Shown: positions 17,627 to 25,529 of the stretch, piece after piece
Layout: each line of letters starts with the position of its first letter
How positions within the stretch are numbered: position 1 is the stretch's first letter
Assembly: GCA_018610125.1 (NCBI GenBank)
Contig: JAHEOI010000230.1
Span: 1 to 43,743, forward strand
Origin: Verrucomicrobiota bacterium
GTDB lineage: Bacteria; Verrucomicrobiota; Verrucomicrobiia; Limisphaerales; JAHEOI01
DNA: 43,743 bases
Direction of reading: 5' to 3'
Program-made: the position numbers and the translations under genes
Notes under the pieces: generated by a model
Databases searched by the model: none
Told to the model about the DNA's origin: nothing
What the model saw: the letters and a program-made list of their open reading frames with translations, nothing else

Positions 17627-18046
17627 TTATCGTTCAAGCAGCGTCACACGAAAATCCTTAGCCTTGGGGGTGGGCGCGGTCGAGGTGAGCGATCGAAATT
17701 GCCCGCCATGGATCCTGGCATGCATCGCCTGACCTTGTTTGATCCGGATCCCTTTTTCGTCAAACCACGTGAATTGATATGTAAATCGCTTGGCTCGCGA
17801 TGTTCGGTTGACGACGTCAAGCTGCACCCGAAGGAAGCCGCCGGGAGCCGTGGCCTTTCGAAGCCCGACCACGCTCACTGCGTCGGCGAGGCTGGAATCG
17901 GTATTAACCCGTTTGCTATCGATCGGCTCATGTTGAGCCACCGGCTCCTTGCGTTGAACAGTGTTGGCGGTGCGGCATGAGGTCCCGAGAATTGAAGCGC
18001 TGACCACCGCGATACCGACGATGAGGAATGAGCTGTGCTTGTTCAT
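17627..18046 (-). CDS. YcfL-like (DUF1425) lipoprotein
   Basis: Lipobox ILGTSC. ..LRVQLDVVNRTSRAKRFTYQFTWFDEKGIRI..RIHGGQFRSLTSTAPTPKAKDFRVTL.. is the YcfL beta-sandwich signature. The ATG at 18046 overlaps the upstream TGA by 1 nt (TGATG). A GTG at 18049 is an alternative start. Confidence 0.75.
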   Translation of the reverse strand: MNKHSSFLIVGIAVVSASILGTSCRTANTVQRKEPVAQHEPIDSKRVNTDSSLADAVSVVGLRKATAPGGFLRVQLDVVNRTSRAKRFTYQFTWFDEKGIRIKQGQAMHARIHGGQFRSLTSTAPTPKAKDFRVTLLER

Positions 18047-19449
18047 CACTTGAGTTGGAATTGGCTTACAAGCAGCGGTGTGCCTGGTGTTATCGATTTA
18101 GCGTAGACCACATTGACGGTTCCTCCCGGTTGGATCGTAACGGTTTTCTTAAGCGTGCTGTCATAGGGCGCTGTTAATACTAGCTTACGGTCTGGGGGGG
18201 TCGCAATCCGACAGTATTGAATTTGTTTTGGCAGGGTTGTCCAGGTTCTGAGGTCGGCGACATTGACAGCGAGCTGGTAGCCCGCCCCGATGAGCCCGCC
18301 GACGATCCCCGGTAGTCCTGCCGCTTTGGCGCCCTCTTGAAGGCCATAGGTGGCCGCTGCCTTGACCGCCGAGGCGATCAGGGTACGCGAAATCACGATC
18401 GGTAAGTGGTTCCGAAAATCCTGCGCGATGATGCTGTCGAAGTCGGCGACCAGGTCGGTCTCGACGGTTTTGCCTGAATGCGTCACTCGAAGACTCGAGA
18501 GATAACGGTCCCGAAATTCGAGCTTGGGGAAGGCGGCTCCGACATAAGGGACTTCTTCGGTAATGATGAAGAAAGGGATGTCGATCCGGATTTGCTCTCG
18601 GATTGGCGCCAGACCCGTTTCAAAGATGACGTAAGTCATCTCCGGTAATTCCTTCCCGGTCATGAGCGATTCGACGGCATTCAAATCCTGCTTGATGAAT
18701 TGCCGGTCGTTCATCATCCCGTAGACTCGCTCCAATGATTGGTGAGCCCGTTCCAGATCCGACGGCCCGGTGGCCGAGGTCATGAAGAATAATCCGTCGA
18801 GCAGTACAGTGAATGGGTTCACATAATCTTCATAGGCCTCCAATTGGCTCGCTTGAGGGTAGATGTTTTGCTCTTTGAGCTTGGAGGTCAGTCTCGGATG
18901 GTCTTGGAGCCGATCGACATTCATTTGCTCCCGTTTGGCGGCTGCCTGAGCCTTTTCGATTCGTCTGGCGTTCAGGCGGACGGCTTCTTCTTGCCGCTGC
19001 ATCGACCGATTGAGCTCGATTCGGGCCTTTTCAGGCTTGCCCAGGCTCAGAAAGTTCAAGGCCTTGTACGTGTTCAGCATGATCTTGTCATAGGCGTAGC
19101 CTTTGTAAGGCAACGTATCGAGATTGCTGAAGGTGGCCTTGGTGGTTTGCCCGATCTGAACCGGCGCCTGGTTTTCAAAACGGTCCACTTTGACCTCGGC
19201 CTGGTCGAATGCCTCGTTACTATCCAGGTATTCCTCGGAGGCCCGTAGCGTCGCCCCTTGCTCAAGCCGCCAAACGACGCTATCGACCGAGCCGGTGTGC
19301 TTCCCGGCCTTTTGGCTTGCTTCTTGGGCTGCGGCCTCGACGTTTCCGTCCTCCCAAAGATGACGAAGGCGGGCGCTCTCCTCTTTGTACGTGCTTTGGC
19401 ATCCGGTGGTCAGACTGAGAAGCAGCGCAAGCGGGAGCAATGGCAGCAT
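18046..19449 (-). CDS. Large lipoprotein, TPR-like N-terminal region (COG3014-like); first gene of the lipoprotein operon
   Basis: I place the start at the ATG at 19449, giving MLPLLPLALLLSLTTGCQ (signal plus lipobox). The 48 codons upstream in the track ORF are Arg/Pro-rich and unlike signal sequence. ..YKGYAYDKIMLNTYKALNFLSLGKPEKARIELNRS... Confidence 0.7.
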   Translation of the reverse strand: MLPLLPLALLLSLTTGCQSTYKEESARLRHLWEDGNVEAAAQEASQKAGKHTGSVDSVVWRLEQGATLRASEEYLDSNEAFDQAEVKVDRFENQAPVQIGQTTKATFSNLDTLPYKGYAYDKIMLNTYKALNFLSLGKPEKARIELNRSMQRQEEAVRLNARRIEKAQAAAKREQMNVDRLQDHPRLTSKLKEQNIYPQASQLEAYEDYVNPFTVLLDGLFFMTSATGPSDLERAHQSLERVYGMMNDRQFIKQDLNAVESLMTGKELPEMTYVIFETGLAPIREQIRIDIPFFIITEEVPYVGAAFPKLEFRDRYLSSLRVTHSGKTVETDLVADFDSIIAQDFRNHLPIVISRTLIASAVKAAATYGLQEGAKAAGLPGIVGGLIGAGYQLAVNVADLRTWTTLPKQIQYCRIATPPDRKLVLTAPYDSTLKKTVTIQPGGTVNVVYAKSITPGTPLLVSQFQLK

Positions 19450-19670
19450 CGCACAAGCCCCTTGGAAAATATTTCGGGGGGGTCGGCTCCACTGAGAAGG
19501 CGCTGCCCGAACGGATTGGCTTCGACGGGGTACCATCCGGCATGGCGTCATGAGAGTCGCGGCTCCGAAATTCGCTGCTTTTACCGAAGTCATTCGGCAG
19601 TAGATACTTATCGATTAATCCAAGGCATTTGAGGGTGTCGGGATGAGCCCGCCATTGCAAGAAAAATCCA

Positions 19671-20966
19671 TCACGGGGTTGAAGAGGGGGCTGCCGCCGC
19701 GCCCCAATCGTTCAAATTCCGTTCATTTTGATCCGGATCGAAGGTGACCCCGAGCTGCGCCATTGCTTCGCCAATAAAGTGGATTGAGCCACAGATGACA
19801 CGGAAGGGCTCGTGCTTTGACGCAGCAAGGGCCGCGGCCAAGGAGCTATAACATCGAACCGGCAGGCTCGGAGAGATCGCTTCGGCGCTTTCCTGCAATG
19901 CGGTGACTTCGAGCGTCCGCTCACTGTGTACCGGAGCCAAGTAGAGGGCGCTCGCAATGGGTGTGATTGCTTGACACATGCGCTGCCAATCCTTGTCTTT
20001 CAGGAATCCCATGACGAATGCCGGGGAGCTTCCCGGAAAGCTCGTTTTCAACGTGTCGCGTAGAGCTTCGATGCTGTTCATGTTGTGAGCGCCGTCGAGA
20101 ATCAGTGTCTGGTTGTCCCGTCTGACGATCTGAAGCCTTCCGGGCCATTCGGCCTTTTCCAGTCCTTCATGAAGGGCCTGTGTTGCAACCGGGATCTCCG
20201 ATTGAAGGCGTTGGACCGTGGCGGCAGCAAGGACCGCATTGATGCCTTGGTGTTCCCCCAACAGCCGAAGGTTGAGCGTTCTGCCAAAATACCTTTCCTT
20301 CGATCGATGAGCGATGACTTCGAGAGGCGCGCTCCGAGATTCGGCGATTTGTCGGATTTCCGCCAAGGCTTCGGGCTCATCGGCGGCTGTCAGCACCGGG
20401 GTTTTGGGCTTGATGATTCCCGCTTTCTCGTGGGCGATTTCCTTCAAGGAGCTACCGAGCCATTTTTCGTGATCGTAATGGACATTGGTGATCACGCTGG
20501 CTAGCGGCTCGACGATGTTGGTGGCATCCAAACGCCCACCTAAACCGGTCTCCCAGATCACAACGTCGCATTCCTGCGAGGCGAAGTAGCGCAAGGCCAT
20601 GACGGTAACCACTTCAAAGAAGGTTGGACGACTCTCGCCGAAATGGGCCAGAAGTGGGGCCATCTCGTTGACCAGTTCGACAACCCCGGCTTCTTCGATA
20701 GGAACGCGATCGATCTGAAGACGCTCCCGAAAACTGACAAGGTGGGGCGATGTGAACAGGCCGACCCGATAACCCGCTGCTCGATAGGCGCCGGCCAATA
20801 ACGCGCAGACCGAGCCTTTACCATTGGTGCCGGCGACGTGGATCAGTCGAAGTCGGTCTTGTGGGCGGCCCGCCAACTCGGCGAGACGGCGCGGATTCTC
20901 CAGGCCGAGCTTGGCTCCGAACAAACGGAGGCTATAAAGAAACTCGATTGCCTCTGCGTAAGTCAT
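19671..20966 (-). CDS. folC: Bifunctional folylpolyglutamate synthase / dihydrofolate synthase
   Basis: Mur-ligase P-loop HVAGTNGKGS. ..FFEVVTVMALRYF.. and ..WETGLGGRLDATN... The C-terminal region carries ..LDGAHN... Confidence 0.9.
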   Translation of the reverse strand: MTYAEAIEFLYSLRLFGAKLGLENPRRLAELAGRPQDRLRLIHVAGTNGKGSVCALLAGAYRAAGYRVGLFTSPHLVSFRERLQIDRVPIEEAGVVELVNEMAPLLAHFGESRPTFFEVVTVMALRYFASQECDVVIWETGLGGRLDATNIVEPLASVITNVHYDHEKWLGSSLKEIAHEKAGIIKPKTPVLTAADEPEALAEIRQIAESRSAPLEVIAHRSKERYFGRTLNLRLLGEHQGINAVLAAATVQRLQSEIPVATQALHEGLEKAEWPGRLQIVRRDNQTLILDGAHNMNSIEALRDTLKTSFPGSSPAFVMGFLKDKDWQRMCQAITPIASALYLAPVHSERTLEVTALQESAEAISPSLPVRCYSSLAAALAASKHEPFRVICGSIHFIGEAMAQLGVTFDPDQNERNLNDWGAAAAPSSTP

Positions 20967-21059
20967 AAGTTAAGCTAGCATCGATTTATGGAACCCCAAG
21001 CTTGACGAGCGCGTCCAAGCGGCGTATCCCTCGGGAAACTTAATCCATTCGGAACGTAT

Positions 21060-22373
21060 ATGGCAGAAAACACACCAAATCCAACATCTCGACGTCAGTT
21101 TATCAAACAATCAACAGCAGCGGTCGTAGGGGGCTCTCTGGCGATGCCTTTGATCAGTCCCAAAGGAGCTCGTGCCGCCAACAACGAGACGATCAAAGTC
21201 GGGTTGATCGGTTGTGGCGGACGCGGTACGGGCGCGGCGCGACAGGCGCTCAACGCAGACAAGAACGCCCAGCTAACGGCGATGGCGGATGTCTTCGAGG
21301 ACCGATTGCAACGGAGTCATAAGACCCTCAAAGACCAGGATGTGGCCGACCGAGTCCGCGTCGATTCCGATCACCAGTTTATCGGGCTGGATGCTTACCA
21401 AAAGGTGATCGACAGCGTTGATCTTGTTATCCTAACCACGCCTCCCGGATTTCGACCGATCCAATTTGAAGCCGCGGTCGAGGCAAACAAGCATATCTTT
21501 CTCGAAAAACCAATGGCCACCGATGCACCGGGACTGCGGAAAATGATCGCCGCGGCCGAGAAGGCCAAGGAGAAAGAGCTTGCCGTGGTCAATGGGTTCT
21601 GCTGGCGCAAGAACTTTGCCCGGCGCGCCTTTTACGAAGAGATCCACAACGGGATCATCGGAGATATCCGGGCGATCTATGCGACTTACTATACCGGACC
21701 GGTTCGTCCAATGCCATCCGCCAGTGAGCGCCCCGAGGGATGGAGCGATGTCGCTTGGCAGCTACGACATTGGATCAACTTCGTCTGGCTGAGCGGGGAC
21801 AGCATCCTTGAGCAAGCTTGCCATAGCGTCGATAAGATCGCATGGGGTCTCCAGGATCAGCATCCGACCAAGGTTGTGGGTGTCGGAGGACGCCAAGTCC
21901 CGGCTAAGGGCGGGAACATTTTCGACCATTTCGAGGTGAATTACGAGTTCGGGAATGGAGTCCGGGGTTTCATGGGCTCCAGGCAGCAATCCGGCTGTTA
22001 CAACGAAAACAACGACTACATCATCGGTGCCGAAGGGACCGGATACATCGAGGGTTGGGGAGTCCCCTACATCAACGATCTCAAAGGGAACACGATCTGG
22101 AAGTATACCGGTCCCCGGAACGACATGTATCAAACCGAGCACAACGAGCTTTTTGCTTCCATCCGGAAAGGCAAGCCCCTCTGGGAAGGTGACTGGATGT
22201 GCTCGAGCACGTTGATGGCCTTGATGGGCCGTATGGCCTCTTACACAGGACAAGAGATCACCTGGGATATGGCAATGAACTCGGAGGAGAACCTCTATCC
22301 CGAAAATCTGAAATGGGATATGGAGCACGAGGTGCAGCCGATGGCCCGACCGGGTAAGACCGAGTTTGTTTAA
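21060..22373 (+). CDS. Tat-exported Gfo/Idh/MocA-family oxidoreductase
   Basis: Twin-arginine signal SRRQFIKQSTAAVVGGSLA. Rossmann motif VGLIGCGGRG. EKPMA motif in FLEKPMATD. Confidence 0.9.
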   Translation: MAENTPNPTSRRQFIKQSTAAVVGGSLAMPLISPKGARAANNETIKVGLIGCGGRGTGAARQALNADKNAQLTAMADVFEDRLQRSHKTLKDQDVADRVRVDSDHQFIGLDAYQKVIDSVDLVILTTPPGFRPIQFEAAVEANKHIFLEKPMATDAPGLRKMIAAAEKAKEKELAVVNGFCWRKNFARRAFYEEIHNGIIGDIRAIYATYYTGPVRPMPSASERPEGWSDVAWQLRHWINFVWLSGDSILEQACHSVDKIAWGLQDQHPTKVVGVGGRQVPAKGGNIFDHFEVNYEFGNGVRGFMGSRQQSGCYNENNDYIIGAEGTGYIEGWGVPYINDLKGNTIWKYTGPRNDMYQTEHNELFASIRKGKPLWEGDWMCSSTLMALMGRMASYTGQEITWDMAMNSEENLYPENLKWDMEHEVQPMARPGKTEFV

Positions 22374-22434
22374 ATCCCACCGGCTTAAGCGGTTGAGAAA
22401 CAGTTGAAACTTGCCACCACGGATTAATCCGCAA

Positions 22435-23358
22435 ATGAACCGACGCCGATTTTTAAGAATGGGAAGTCTGGCCGCTCTCGCCCCGCTGGCGAGCGGTGGC
22501 AGGTTGACTTCGCCGGCCTTGGCGAAGTCTTCCGAGTCGCATCAGACGACGCAGCGGATCTATAAGGCCATCAAATTGGGCATGTTTCAGGAAGAGATTC
22601 CGATCGCCGAGAAGTTTCATCTGCTGAAAGAGATCGGTTTCGACGGGGTCGAGCTGAATAGCCCCGGCGGTGTCGACAAAAAGGAAGCTCTGGAGGCGAG
22701 CCGAAAAGTGGGCCTGCCGATCCATGGGGTTGTTGACTCTGTTCATTGGGCAAAACGGCTCTCCGATCCGAATCCGAGTATTCGGGCCGAAAGTCTGGCG
22801 GCGCTCAAAACCGCGATCAAGGAAGCCCATTTGGTAGGGGGGACGGCTGTGCTGCTCGTCCCTGGAAAGGTGACCGATCCTCAAGAAGAAAACCATTTCC
22901 AAGTCTGGCGGCGGTCAATCCGGCAAATCCGTAAGGCCTTGCCGCTGGCCTCTCGATTGGGAATTCATATCTTGATCGAGAATGTGTGGAATGGTTTTTG
23001 CTACGATCCTCAGGGACCGGATGACCAATCGGCGTCATTGCTGGCGGCTTACATCGATGAAATCCAAAGTCCTTGGGTCGGGGCGTATTTCGACATCGGG
23101 AATCACCAGCGCTTTGCCAAGCCGGCCGAATGGATTCGGACGCTCGGTCATCGAATCGTGAAGCTCGATGTCAAGGATTGGAGTGAAGATGGCGGCTTTG
23201 GCAAGATCGGAGACGGCGATGTCGATTGGGCGGAGGTGCGGCAGGCGCTGCAAGAGATCCGCTACACCGGGTGGGCGACCGCCGAGGTTGCCGGAGGCAA
23301 TCGGGATCGCATGCGAGAAATTGCCAAGCGAATGGATCGGCAGTTGTTGGGCGCTTAA
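22435..23358 (+). CDS. Tat-exported sugar-phosphate isomerase/epimerase (xylose-isomerase-like TIM barrel)
   Basis: The ATG at 22435 gives MNRRRFLRMGSLAALAPLA (twin-arginine signal). The track ORF starts at a TTG 24 nt upstream. ..GFDGVEL.., ..ILIENVWN.., ..YFDIGNH... Confidence 0.85.
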   Translation: MNRRRFLRMGSLAALAPLASGGRLTSPALAKSSESHQTTQRIYKAIKLGMFQEEIPIAEKFHLLKEIGFDGVELNSPGGVDKKEALEASRKVGLPIHGVVDSVHWAKRLSDPNPSIRAESLAALKTAIKEAHLVGGTAVLLVPGKVTDPQEENHFQVWRRSIRQIRKALPLASRLGIHILIENVWNGFCYDPQGPDDQSASLLAAYIDEIQSPWVGAYFDIGNHQRFAKPAEWIRTLGHRIVKLDVKDWSEDGGFGKIGDGDVDWAEVRQALQEIRYTGWATAEVAGGNRDRMREIAKRMDRQLLGA

Positions 23359-23397
23359 ATCTCATTGGGAGGTTGTCAAAAAGAGAGAAAAAAATCA

Positions 23398-23426
23398 TTG
23401 ACGTAGATCCAAAAGACCGTTAAAAA
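23398..23426 (+). promoter_or_regulatory. Candidate sigma70-like promoter for the PEP-CTERM gene
   Basis: TTGACG (23398-23403), a 17-nt spacer, then TAAAAA (23421-23426). This sits in an A-rich leader about 55 nt upstream of the ATG at 23480. PVC promoter consensus is poorly known. Confidence 0.3.
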
Positions 23427-23479
23427 CCCACGTAAGAAACGAGTTTCAAACCCGAAAAAAATCGGTAGAAAGGCGAATA

Positions 23480-24142
23480 ATGATAGCAAAAAACAGGAAA
23501 ACGACGGGCCTAGGGGCGACAGCCATCGCAGCCATTGTGTCACTGTGCGTTGCCAGCACAGGAGCGGCTTCGATTGTTTACGACAATACAGTGAACCCGC
23601 TGGGGGAATTCTTTACGGATAATCGCGAATTTGGCGACGAAATCAGCCTAGCGGGGAGTGACCGTGAGATGACGGAATTCACATTTGAGACCTTTGCGAG
23701 TGGAATTCCGGATGATACCACCGCGACATTGAGTTTTTATGAAAACGACGGCAGCGACGTCGGCGTGGCGACAGCACCCGGAACCTTATTGGGTAAGTTT
23801 GAGAACGCGGTTTCGGTAGACGCGGGCACTGAGACCCACACTCTGAGTGGGATCTCGATCGATGTCCCGGATACCTTCACTTGGACCGTCGAATTCTCGA
23901 ACGTCGGTAACGGACAAGCGGGTCTGACTCTCTCGAGCCCTGTTGATGTCGGCGGCAGCTTTGATGACTTCTGGGTTAAGACAGAAGGAGATTGGGATAC
24001 CTTCCGGTTCCCGAATGGTAATCCGGATGGCAATTTTACCGCCCAAGTGACAGCGGTCCCGGAACCGAGCACAATGCTGTTTGGTTTGATGGGTGGCTTA
24101 TTGTTTGTAGGGTATCGCCTGTTCAATCGTCGTTGTTCCTAA
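23480..24142 (+). CDS. PEP-CTERM sorting-domain protein
   Basis: Signal peptide. C-terminal VPEPSTMLFGLMGGLLFVGYRLFNRRCS* shows a PEP motif, a TM helix and a basic tail. Confidence 0.9.
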   Translation: MIAKNRKTTGLGATAIAAIVSLCVASTGAASIVYDNTVNPLGEFFTDNREFGDEISLAGSDREMTEFTFETFASGIPDDTTATLSFYENDGSDVGVATAPGTLLGKFENAVSVDAGTETHTLSGISIDVPDTFTWTVEFSNVGNGQAGLTLSSPVDVGGSFDDFWVKTEGDWDTFRFPNGNPDGNFTAQVTAVPEPSTMLFGLMGGLLFVGYRLFNRRCS

Positions 24143-24191
24143 GCATCCATGCCGATGGGTCGATAATCCGTCGTCATACACCTTTCTAACC

Positions 24192-24229
24192 AAAAAAAGC
24201 GCGGGTCAGAAAGTGGCTCGCGTTTTTTT
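24192..24229 (+). terminator. Rho-independent terminator (A-tract / hairpin / T-tract)
   Basis: AAAAAAA-GCGCGGGTCA-GAAAG-TGGCTCGCG-TTTTTTT. The stem is 9 bp including two G-U pairs, followed by seven T residues (24223-24229). Confidence 0.65.
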
Positions 24230-24239
24230 GTGATCTTCT

Positions 24240-24268
24240 GCAGGGGAAAATTCCCCTGCTTTTTCTTT
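24240..24268 (+). terminator. Second, tandem terminator hairpin
   Basis: GCAGGGGAA-AA-TTCCCCTGC followed by TTTTTCTTT. Confidence 0.6.
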
Positions 24269-24321
24269 CAATTTTCACTCTCGACAACAAAGAGGCTGAT
24301 TTAGACACTCTTACCGCTCAT

Positions 24322-25164
24322 ATGAGGATTGGATGTTTTGCATTGGTCGAGCCGTTGTCGCCGATGGCACGCCAATTTCAACGGATTCGGGAGCTCGGTT
24401 TTGATTATGTCGATCTGACGGACAATCATAATGGCGGCATGTTAGGGGTAGAGTATGGGTTCGCGGAGTCGGTCAGTCTTGATACCCATCCGCTTGAGAT
24501 CCGGGAGATGGTCGAGCAAAACAAGTTGACAGTGACGAGTGTTTGTGCTCATGCCAATCTCCTCGATCCTACGAGCCCCGCGCGTTATGGAACCGCCGAA
24601 ATAATCAAGGCCGTCAAGTTGGCTCACTTCTTGAACGTCCGGCATGTCATCACAACCGAAGGCGAGCCCAAGACCGGTTTCGGTCGCAGCCTGACTCGCA
24701 ATCAGAAGCTGTTTTCCATTGCGGAAAAGCTCCATGAGCCGCTGCGATGGGCCGCGGAGCTCGGGATCGAGCTCCTGATAGAACCGCATGGGCCAATGAC
24801 CGACAGCCCGGAGGATATGCAGGGAATCCTTGAAGTGCTCGGGTATTCCGGGAACGTCGGGATCAATCTCGATACTGGGAATGTCTGGTTGGGCGGTGCC
24901 GACCCGGTTGAGTTTGTCAAGCAGTTTGGGGATCGGATCCGGCATGTCCATTGGAAGGACCTCGGGGAGGAGTGGGAAACCAAACGGGGAGAGCTTTTTG
25001 GCTGCGGTATGAGCACGATACCGATCGGTGATGGGGCGATCGACATCAAAGCGGTTGTCCACGAGCTCAAGCGAATCGGATTTGATGGGCATACGACCCT
25101 TGAGGTGGCCGGTACGGACAATTTGAAGTTATCTGCGGAACGACTCCGAGAATGGGCGGGTTAG
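24322..25164 (+). CDS. Sugar-phosphate isomerase/epimerase (xylose-isomerase-like TIM barrel), cytoplasmic
   Basis: ..LGFDYVDL.., ..LLIEPHG.., ..INLDTGNVWLGG.., ..HVHWKD.. No signal peptide. Confidence 0.85.
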   Translation: MRIGCFALVEPLSPMARQFQRIRELGFDYVDLTDNHNGGMLGVEYGFAESVSLDTHPLEIREMVEQNKLTVTSVCAHANLLDPTSPARYGTAEIIKAVKLAHFLNVRHVITTEGEPKTGFGRSLTRNQKLFSIAEKLHEPLRWAAELGIELLIEPHGPMTDSPEDMQGILEVLGYSGNVGINLDTGNVWLGGADPVEFVKQFGDRIRHVHWKDLGEEWETKRGELFGCGMSTIPIGDGAIDIKAVVHELKRIGFDGHTTLEVAGTDNLKLSAERLREWAG

Positions 25165-25315
25165 TGCAGCAGGCCCCACCGCCAATAAGTTCGTGTGAAC
25201 GGGATCCGATCGGGAGGAAATCGGGCGCCAGAGGCCCGGTGCGTCCGAGGGGGTGTGTGACCGGTAGGCATTAACCTAACCCAAGACAGAAGTTGGCTCA
25301 GATAAGACCAAAGAA

Positions 25316-25358
25316 CCCCTCACCTCAATCCTCTCCCCTTCGGAAGGGGCGAGGAAGC
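25316..25358. repeat. REP-B module
   Basis: CCCCTCACCTCAATCCTCTCCCCTTCGGAAGGGGCGAGGAAGC. See 14609-14652. Confidence 0.8.
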
Positions 25359-25381
25359 GGACTGCGAAGCGACTGCTCTGA

Positions 25382-25408
25382 CCTGATAGGGACGGCGTCG
25401 ACGTCCCA
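25382..25408. repeat. REP-C module
   Basis: CCTGATAGGGACG-GCGTCGA-CGTCCCA has the same architecture as 34796-34826 (CCTTGATAGGGACG-TTCTCCCGGA-CGTCCCA). Confidence 0.75.
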
Positions 25409-25529
25409 TTCTTCAACGCCAAGCGCGAGGCGTAAAAAAATGGTCCGAAGTTTCGATTGACCCATGCGCTAGGATGCATTAGCAAGGGAGGTAACAGGAA
25501 AGCCCATTTGTTAAGAATTTGCGAGAAAA

